From Promethearchaeota archaeon (GTDB lineage: Archaea; Asgardarchaeota; Lokiarchaeia; Sigyniarchaeales; SOKP01): a stretch of 33,832 bases of DNA. The DNA lies in the NCBI GenBank assembly GCA_016840165.1, contig JAEOSU010000091.1:1-33832 (forward strand). Reading direction: 5' to 3'. Positions 26,967 to 33,832 of this stretch are shown here, piece by piece; position 1 is the first letter of the stretch, and each line of letters opens with the position of its first letter. The notes under the pieces were generated by a model, which saw only the letters and a list, made by a program, of their open reading frames with translations, ran no database searches and was not told the DNA's origin. The position numbers and the translations under genes are program-made.

Positions 26967-29057
26967 CTAAAATTCTATTGGAGCACTTTTTTCAAAGTGG
27001 GCTCTGCTAATCCCTGTACTTGCATCTTTAGCGACAATGATTTGATGAACCTGAAGTTCTTTAGGGATTTCTGTATGGGTTATCAAGAAGATCTGAGGAA
27101 AATTCTTTGAATTTAAGAGATAGCTCAATATTCTTTTGCGACGATTCTCGTCTAAAGCTGCTAATGGTTCATCTAACAAGAGGAAATCCATTTTAGGATA
27201 CTTTATTGGCGAATTTTTAGTGGGGCGCGTCGTTTTCATTAATTCACTAATAGCTAGTCGTAGTGCAATCCCTAATGCCGTTCTATCCCCCCCTGAAATC
27301 ATCTCGACAGATTCATTTACCCCATTAAAATGATCCTTAATCTTAAGGGAAAGGCCAGTTTTTCTGGAGCCTTCTAGATCAATCATAAGTTTCCCATATT
27401 GTCCCAAAGTGAAATTTCGAATATATTTTTCGGTAACACGTGCAATATTTTTAACCAAGCGTTTGGTTACCATATATTCTGTAACAAATCGACGCACTAA
27501 TTCTCTTACTTTGCCAATATGGATTAAATCTACCTCTAAATCCCCTATTTGCTCGTGAAGTTGGCGCATTTTCATGAGTTCTTTCTCTTTTTCATCAACT
27601 TTATCACGATAGTCATTGATGTTTTGCTGGAGCTCAATAATTTTATTTTCAAGTCCATTGAGTTCCGTAGTCAAGCGTTCAACCTTTAAACTTTTCAAAC
27701 GGATTGCTTCTCTTTTCAGTTCTATATGCTTAAATCTCTTTTTATTTGCATCTAGGAAATTTGTTAATTGTGATTTGTTTTTTTCAAACTCTTTTTCATA
27801 TGCGATGATATGTTCTTTATCATTTTTTGCATTTTCTATTACATTTAATTCAGAAGTAAATTTTTTTATGTTAGTGTCATAATTATCTATATCTATTCTA
27901 AGTTTATCGAGAACCTTCGTTATATTTTGAACTTTCTGGTTATCTTTAACAATATTTCCATTAAGTTTAGCTAAAAGCTGCTCGTAATGATCATGTGTAA
28001 GTTCACTTTCACATAAAGGGCAAGTAATGGTCTCAGTAGAAGAGAATTTGAGCTCTGTTTGAATTCTTTGTAGTTGTTTTTGAGATACACTTATTCTTCC
28101 TTGAGGTTTACTGAGACCTCGATTTATGCGTTCGTATTTTTCTTTTAAAACTTTTTTTTCCTCTTCAAGCTTGCTTAAATCCTCATTCTTTTTATCAAAT
28201 TTGACTTGAATTTTATTTATAGAATCAAACTCTTCAGGATTTAATCCTTTTTCTAATAAGGTTACGTCATATCGTTTGATAAATGAGGTTAATTTATCTT
28301 GGCTAGATTCTACTTCATTATAAAATGTTTCTAATTGCCTAAAAAGTTCAGCTGAAGGGAGCTCTTGAAGTTTGGCTTTAAGATTATTTATATCTTTTTC
28401 ATTATTTTTGAATTTTTTTTGATCTTCTTCGACCTTTTCTTTCAGTTCTTTAATATCCTCTTCTATTCTTTCGATAGGGATTCTCTTTTTTAATAATAAA
28501 TCCTTTTTTACTTCTCTGTCTTTTCGTTCATCCTCAAGAGATTTTAATGCTTTATCGATTATATCCAATTGAAATAATTGGAGTATCATTTCCCTAATCT
28601 CTGCCCCCTTCATAGAGGAAAGTTTTTCTACTTCCCCTTGCTTAACAAAGATCGTACTTAACGCCTGATTGCGAGTGATTTCAAAAAAATCTTTTATGTC
28701 AAATTGGGGGATTTCTCGATACTTTTTAGAAGTTAAGTTATATTTGAATAATTGCTTGCTCTTCTTTTTGGAGCGATTCCACTTGCGATGTAGGTAGTAT
28801 TTCTCATTATCTAATTCGAAATAAAGGTAGATCTCTGCCTCATGTTCTCCATAATTGATGAAATCTTCTGTTTTTTTTCCGGGAAAAGCCCGTGAGCCAA
28901 AAAATGCATAAAGTATGCCTTCGACAATCGTTGATTTCCCATGAGAATTTGGGCCGCTAATGAGGATCAACCCTTCGGGAAAATTTTCTTTAATACCAGG
29001 GAGTTGCACTAACTTATAACCCATAAAATTGCGATATTGAAGTCTTAAGATTTTCAT
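26967..29057 (-). CDS. rad50: Rad50/SbcC SMC-like ATPase
   Basis: Walker A GPNSHGKST, Q-loop VKQGE, central zinc hook CPLC, signature ISGGD, Walker B/D-loop LLLDEPLAALD, H-loop ITH, coiled coils. Confidence 0.9.
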   Translation of the reverse strand: MKILRLQYRNFMGYKLVQLPGIKENFPEGLILISGPNSHGKSTIVEGILYAFFGSRAFPGKKTEDFINYGEHEAEIYLYFELDNEKYYLHRKWNRSKKKSKQLFKYNLTSKKYREIPQFDIKDFFEITRNQALSTIFVKQGEVEKLSSMKGAEIREMILQLFQLDIIDKALKSLEDERKDREVKKDLLLKKRIPIERIEEDIKELKEKVEEDQKKFKNNEKDINNLKAKLQELPSAELFRQLETFYNEVESSQDKLTSFIKRYDVTLLEKGLNPEEFDSINKIQVKFDKKNEDLSKLEEEKKVLKEKYERINRGLSKPQGRISVSQKQLQRIQTELKFSSTETITCPLCESELTHDHYEQLLAKLNGNIVKDNQKVQNITKVLDKLRIDIDNYDTNIKKFTSELNVIENAKNDKEHIIAYEKEFEKNKSQLTNFLDANKKRFKHIELKREAIRLKSLKVERLTTELNGLENKIIELQQNINDYRDKVDEKEKELMKMRQLHEQIGDLEVDLIHIGKVRELVRRFVTEYMVTKRLVKNIARVTEKYIRNFTLGQYGKLMIDLEGSRKTGLSLKIKDHFNGVNESVEMISGGDRTALGIALRLAISELMKTTRPTKNSPIKYPKMDFLLLDEPLAALDENRRKRILSYLLNSKNFPQIFLITHTEIPKELQVHQIIVAKDASTGISRAHFEKSAPIEF

Positions 29058-29064
29058 GATCTAT

Positions 29065-30378
29065 TTATCCCTCTTCATTTTTTTTAGTAGATTCCAATGC
29101 ATTATTTATTGCTTCAATACCAAATTTAGTGAGTTTATCCACATCATACTCTGTAGTCTCTTCTGTTAAGAGCTCTTTTATATAGTTTTTAAATTCAAGT
29201 TCAGGATTTTCCAAAATATATCCTTGGAGGGAACCTGCCGAGATGCTTTGTTCTTTCTCTTCAGAAATATCTGATGTTTTCCAAATCAATTGTAATATAT
29301 TATAAACTTCAGGCTTGGAAAAATATTCTCTTCTTAACTGTGTCATCACATTGGTGATGGTCCAAAGTAGTTCATAATTAAGCTCACCTTGAAAATCAAA
29401 TTTTATACGAGCAGCTGTTTTTGGATTAAATCCGTTCGAAGAGCTATATGGCTTTAATTCACTTTCTATAAGGGTTTGTATCCCTGACTTTGTACTTTGG
29501 GGCGAAACTTTAATGGGAATTATTTCAAAGTTTCTCTGTAAACGAGAAGTCAGATCCACAGATTTTACTAAGGGAGTTTGTCGTGACGCTGTTATATCTA
29601 CTACTAAGTAACCTTGAGAATGATAAATTTCTTTAAAATTAAGCGGTAAAAGCGCACCTGAGAAATAGCTTCGGGAATTTTCCTTTCTTTGAGCATGTTC
29701 GTGTCCTAAAGCAATATAATCATAATTAGCATTGTTAATAATTTGGGGATGGAGGGTATTATCTAATTTGGAACCGTGGACTACCGCAATGGCAATTGAA
29801 TCACGTGATTCTTTTGGTTGTTGAATATTTAGCCATTTTTTATAGGCATTTTCATAATCCCGATGAATACTATATTCAAAATATGGAAATAAGTAGAATT
29901 CTACCTTTTTACCATCAAAATTCAGATTCAACTGTAAAGGTTGATTAGTTTTAATCGCATCAAGCATATCTTTAGCAGTAAAATAATAGAGCTGAGGAAA
30001 AAGTTGTTTATTAACATGCGTTTCAAAAGGTGTATAGTCATATCCTCGAAAGATGCCATGATTTCCTTCTATATAAATAAAAGGAATAGAAGAATTTGTC
30101 TGTTCAAAAAAAAGTTCTAGACCCTTGATAAGGGTTCTTCGAGCTGGATCGGAAGGAGGATATGGATTATTTTGATGTGGTGTGTGAAACATATCTCCAG
30201 CATGGATTACAAAATCAATTCCATCGATTTGTGTGATTTCTTTGATTACCGAAAGGAAAGTATCATAAATTTCTTGCTCATAAGGTCGAGAGTAGTTTTC
30301 GCGAGCCCATTGATTTATTGCTCCTTTTCCAATTCGATATCCGAGATGTGTATCGGATAAATGGACGAATTTAACCAT
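29065..30378 (-). CDS. mre11: Mre11/SbcD nuclease
   Basis: HLSDTHLG, HAGDMFH, EGNHG, VVHG and ALGHEH phosphoesterase motifs; adjacent to rad50. Confidence 0.9.
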   Translation of the reverse strand: MVKFVHLSDTHLGYRIGKGAINQWARENYSRPYEQEIYDTFLSVIKEITQIDGIDFVIHAGDMFHTPHQNNPYPPSDPARRTLIKGLELFFEQTNSSIPFIYIEGNHGIFRGYDYTPFETHVNKQLFPQLYYFTAKDMLDAIKTNQPLQLNLNFDGKKVEFYLFPYFEYSIHRDYENAYKKWLNIQQPKESRDSIAIAVVHGSKLDNTLHPQIINNANYDYIALGHEHAQRKENSRSYFSGALLPLNFKEIYHSQGYLVVDITASRQTPLVKSVDLTSRLQRNFEIIPIKVSPQSTKSGIQTLIESELKPYSSSNGFNPKTAARIKFDFQGELNYELLWTITNVMTQLRREYFSKPEVYNILQLIWKTSDISEEKEQSISAGSLQGYILENPELEFKNYIKELLTEETTEYDVDKLTKFGIEAINNALESTKKNEEG

Positions 30379-31597
30379 TTAATCCCCCTCTTTTTTTAGT
30401 TGGTATAAGGATTTTATTTCTCCATTTTTGAATATACATTTGTGTGTTTTGATTTAATTGAAGATCAATAAAATTGCCTTCTAGTTTGTTATATTCAGAG
30501 ACTAGTAAAGTACTCGCGTTATGAGCCTCTTCAAGGCATAATGGATAACCAAATGGTGAATAAGGTATTAAATTTTGGAGAATAGTAAGGGTTTCAGTTA
30601 AGGAATAATAATCAGGCACGTCAAATCGCAATGCAGCAGCTTGCTCCTGTATCCTTACGATACATGCTTTACTCTTTGTGTATTTGGAAAGATCGGGTAA
30701 TTCCACTAAAAACTGCTTACCTTCGAGCATATTAGACCAAATGGGCAGAATAAAGTTTCCTTGGGCATCTCGCAATCTGCAAGTTTTTGAAAAACTAAAA
30801 TATTTAATATCATAGGTTTTTAAGAGCTGATAGAAAAATTTAATGAAAGCAGCAGGCGGGAAAATGTGCTGGCGGAACATTTGAATTCCATCTCCTAAAA
30901 AAATTATATCTTTCTCTTTTCCCCAGTCACTCACTTCGATAATACGGATAATACTTTTTAATATTTCATCTGCCGTTCGAATTCGGTCAACCACATGTCC
31001 CATGGATGGATAGTAAAAGTCATGGCCATCAATATGGGAATCAATTTTTTTACGATATTTCTCTTTAAACCATTTTTCTAACTCGGTAAGATTATTTTTT
31101 AATGGACCTTGCCCAAAATTCATTTTAAGCACCTCAATAAAATTCTTGATGACATCCCGATATATTATTAGTTTATGATCATTATCTTCGATATATGCAG
31201 TAATAGGGGGATACATTATCTTTTCTTTTTGATATTTTCCATCATTAAAGGTTAGTTGACACTCTCCAAATTTAAATGAAGCTAAGAGTGCATATGTTCC
31301 CGTCATCGTATTTGAGCTCTCATCGAATCCAATAATTCGATAACCTTTTTTAACATACGAATTTAGACTTTCTTCTAAGATATTATATTTGAGCTCACTA
31401 AAATGCACCTGAGTGTTGGAAAGAGTCTCATCAGTATCAAACTTGTCTGTTTCTAGCTCTAGTTTTTCCTCTTTTGTCCAGTTGACCTTCCGATCCTTAA
31501 TATGTTGCTTGAATAAGAGGACTTCTTGGTCCACTGAATGTTCTGGACGCTTTTCAAAAGATTTTTCAAGGGAAATCAGTTCAAAATTAAATGACAT
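30371..31597 (-). CDS. nurA: NurA-family nuclease (divergent)
   Basis: IIGFDES, FLGDG, FSKT and C-terminal GYPLCLEEAH motifs; lies between herA and mre11. Confidence 0.75.
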   Translation of the reverse strand: MSFNFELISLEKSFEKRPEHSVDQEVLLFKQHIKDRKVNWTKEEKLELETDKFDTDETLSNTQVHFSELKYNILEESLNSYVKKGYRIIGFDESSNTMTGTYALLASFKFGECQLTFNDGKYQKEKIMYPPITAYIEDNDHKLIIYRDVIKNFIEVLKMNFGQGPLKNNLTELEKWFKEKYRKKIDSHIDGHDFYYPSMGHVVDRIRTADEILKSIIRIIEVSDWGKEKDIIFLGDGIQMFRQHIFPPAAFIKFFYQLLKTYDIKYFSFSKTCRLRDAQGNFILPIWSNMLEGKQFLVELPDLSKYTKSKACIVRIQEQAAALRFDVPDYYSLTETLTILQNLIPYSPFGYPLCLEEAHNASTLLVSEYNKLEGNFIDLQLNQNTQMYIQKWRNKILIPTKKRGGLNG

Positions 31598-31633
31598 TGA
31601 TATTTTCCTCTTTATTTTTTTAATAGTTATTAA

Positions 31634-33382
31634 TTATGGTAATTCAGTATCAGGAGGTGACCTATTACTCATCTCTCGGGCAAAATTTTGAAAGATCGAC
31701 TTGGATACACCCTCAAAATAATTATCATAAAGTGGAATTTTAAGTTTTTGAAAATTGGTCAACCATATACCTGATACTAAAGCAATTCCTCGGGTACCAG
31801 TTAAAGATTCAACATCATTCATCGAGATTCCACCTCCAAGCATTTTAGCAGCGGTAGTTTTTTCTTTTTCTGAACGTAATGGAAGATTGATTACAGTATT
31901 CATATTCTGAATGATAGTATCATCAATAGGGCTATATTGCTGTGATATCACCTCCAAAGCTAAATTAAACTTTCTACCCATACGAGAGATATCAGAAAAA
32001 ACTGAACTTAAACGCATTACATCGGAAGAAAGTATGGTTGGTGCCTCCTCTATTGTAAAAATGATGATAGGTACCTCATCTGGGCGCTTCAATTGATCTG
32101 CTGTCTTCATATAATTGGCTTCTAGAAATTGGCGGTAATTGTGTAGAAAATAAGAAGGCAACGTGTCAACTAATCGGCTCTCAAAAGTGGCAAAATCATT
32201 AGATGATTTTAAAGCTTTACGAATTTCAAACAAAGTTCGAGCTAACACACTATTGAAAAGGAAATGCTCCTTACTTGAGAGTAATGATACATTCAATATA
32301 ATAATACTTCCATTTTCTAGACGATTTACTATTTCATGAAGCGTACTATTCCCTTCTAACTGATACATTCGCGAGTTCTCTAACCAAAAGAGTCTGCGCC
32401 GAATTGCATCATAAGTTCTTGTATCATGTCCTCCCGGAAGATCTTCGGTTTCCCCTTTGATTAATGCATCAATATAATTAGTATCTTTATCCCTAAAATG
32501 ATAGTAAGCGGAATATACAGCTCCTGCTTGAAGATCATTAAAAGTTCCCGTCGCAAATAAGTCTTGAGGTAAGATATCTTCATAGCTAATAATACAAGGT
32601 CGTGAAACCGCATTTAATTCAAGTGGGGCAACACTTCCGTTTGGATATAAATAAAACCAATCACCAAGTAATTCTTCATTGTTATCCGTAGCTTCAGCAA
32701 TATCAATTAACCCATAATTATTACATCCTAAGGCATATTCATCATGCATATCTATAGCGAGAATGGATATTTTGATTCCTTGATGATTCAATAATACATT
32801 TGCATTGTGTTGAAGGGCTCCATCAATAATAATTTGATTGAGATTCGATTTCCCTTGCCCTGTCGCCCCAGCAATCATAAAATGATAATTGAGATACCGA
32901 TATGGAAAATAGACCTTTACTTGATTTTCTGCTGCTAAAGTTCCCATAAAAACTCCATCTGGGTTGAATATCTGTTCTAAATAATGAGCTTTATCACTTT
33001 GATCCTCGGAAATCTTAAGTAAATGAGGCTTAATTATATTTTTTTCCATTAAATCCTCAACAATGAAGAAAACATTAAATGTATTATGTTCCACTTGATT
33101 TGATTTTTTATTAATGATAGTACAAATTATTGGCCTCCCTTGGACTACATATTGCAGCTCCGATTCTAACTCTGCCTTGATATAGTCAGTCATTTTGACA
33201 TTTTTTAATTTTTGTCGAGTCATGACATAATCTGAGATTGTTTGAATGGCGATAACTTGCACGATAATGACATAAACATTTTCATCGTTTTCCGCCTCCA
33301 ACTTGATAAATCCATGAACATGAACATAATTTTCATAGAAGATATCAATTGTGCTTTCTAATGGATTTATTTTTATTATCAT
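31634..33382 (-). CDS. herA: HerA/FtsK-family ATPase (divergent)
   Basis: N-terminal beta-rich (HAS-like) region, Walker A GATGQGKSN, DMHDEY, Walker B FTIEEA, GRKF arginine finger and ISQ motif. Confidence 0.88.
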   Translation of the reverse strand: MIIKINPLESTIDIFYENYVHVHGFIKLEAENDENVYVIIVQVIAIQTISDYVMTRQKLKNVKMTDYIKAELESELQYVVQGRPIICTIINKKSNQVEHNTFNVFFIVEDLMEKNIIKPHLLKISEDQSDKAHYLEQIFNPDGVFMGTLAAENQVKVYFPYRYLNYHFMIAGATGQGKSNLNQIIIDGALQHNANVLLNHQGIKISILAIDMHDEYALGCNNYGLIDIAEATDNNEELLGDWFYLYPNGSVAPLELNAVSRPCIISYEDILPQDLFATGTFNDLQAGAVYSAYYHFRDKDTNYIDALIKGETEDLPGGHDTRTYDAIRRRLFWLENSRMYQLEGNSTLHEIVNRLENGSIIILNVSLLSSKEHFLFNSVLARTLFEIRKALKSSNDFATFESRLVDTLPSYFLHNYRQFLEANYMKTADQLKRPDEVPIIIFTIEEAPTILSSDVMRLSSVFSDISRMGRKFNLALEVISQQYSPIDDTIIQNMNTVINLPLRSEKEKTTAAKMLGGGISMNDVESLTGTRGIALVSGIWLTNFQKLKIPLYDNYFEGVSKSIFQNFAREMSNRSPPDTELP

Positions 33383-33710
33383 GTTAAATCATATTTTCTC
33401 CTATTATTTATCATATATAAATAAGAATTTTTGGTTTTATTTTTGACCACTCAGGATAATTTAATATTAACTTAATTTGAAAAAACTTAAAAAAATATAG
33501 GCATACACAGTTTACTAATGAAGTTAATCGCTATTAAATGAACTTACTCATTGTTCTATTAATACTCAACCTAAAAGTTATGCAAATAATATTTAGGTAA
33601 AATTTTATTACATTATCTTTGATATTAAAAATTGATATTAAATAAATTTAAGATCCAATTCAATAAATTTTGAACATGAAAATTTGATCTATTAAATAAC
33701 TTGATTAATT

Positions 33711-33832
33711 ATGCCCGAAAGTAGTGTTATTCTAAACGATATCAACAAGGTATTTGTACCCTGTAGAACTGTTTTAGAAATGGAAGCTTTAACATCCTTA
33801 TTGTTAGAGCATTTTAATTATGATATGATCAA
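33711..33832 (+). CDS. Probable 5' end of a CDS truncated by the window edge, divergent from herA
   Basis: ATG at 33711, open for 40 codons to the end (MPESSVILNDINKVFVPCRTVLEMEALTSLLLEHFNYDMI); more GC-rich than the preceding spacer. Confidence 0.5.
   Translation, partial: MPESSVILNDINKVFVPCRTVLEMEALTSLLLEHFNYDMI

Noticed and set aside
1251-32096. Short (61-92 aa) ORFs nested in or antisense to larger genes (1251, 4380, 5264, 9789, 10670, 10980, 11317, 16993, 25165, 25877, 27136, 27616, 30172, 31413, 31911)
   Set aside because: They are shadow ORFs of well-supported CDSs with no motifs and atypical composition
25636-33382. Compositionally distinct genomic island
   Set aside because: Spot checks of GC were similar to core genes such as purB; cannot be supported without computation
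20783-33832. Integrated element at tRNA-Val
   Set aside because: No integrase, no duplicated tRNA 3' end seen, and core genes (rpoK, lokiactin) follow directly

Overview
AT-rich, gene-dense archaeal window, very likely from an Asgard archaeon of the Lokiarchaeia. That assignment is inferred from a bona fide lokiactin together with a Rab-like GTPase, a roadblock/LC7 protein, an SDS22-type LRR protein, archaeal Rpo6 and Hef, and an intron-less, CCA-less tRNA-Val(CAC). It holds 32 complete CDSs plus one probable CDS cut by the right edge. Housekeeping genes (nadC, purB, purM, dinB, tldD/pmbA, UDP-glucuronate decarboxylase, hef, rpoK) are interleaved with eukaryotic-signature-type genes. The right end carries a tightly coupled herA-nurA-mre11-rad50 operon with non-canonical gene order and motif substitutions in all four proteins. 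Between lokiactin and that operon, two convergent hypothetical genes share an in-frame 17/18-bp inverted repeat (both encode KLYLKQS), a candidate invertible switch. No transposase, integrase or CRISPR array was seen. All assignments come from reading motifs by eye, with no database searches.
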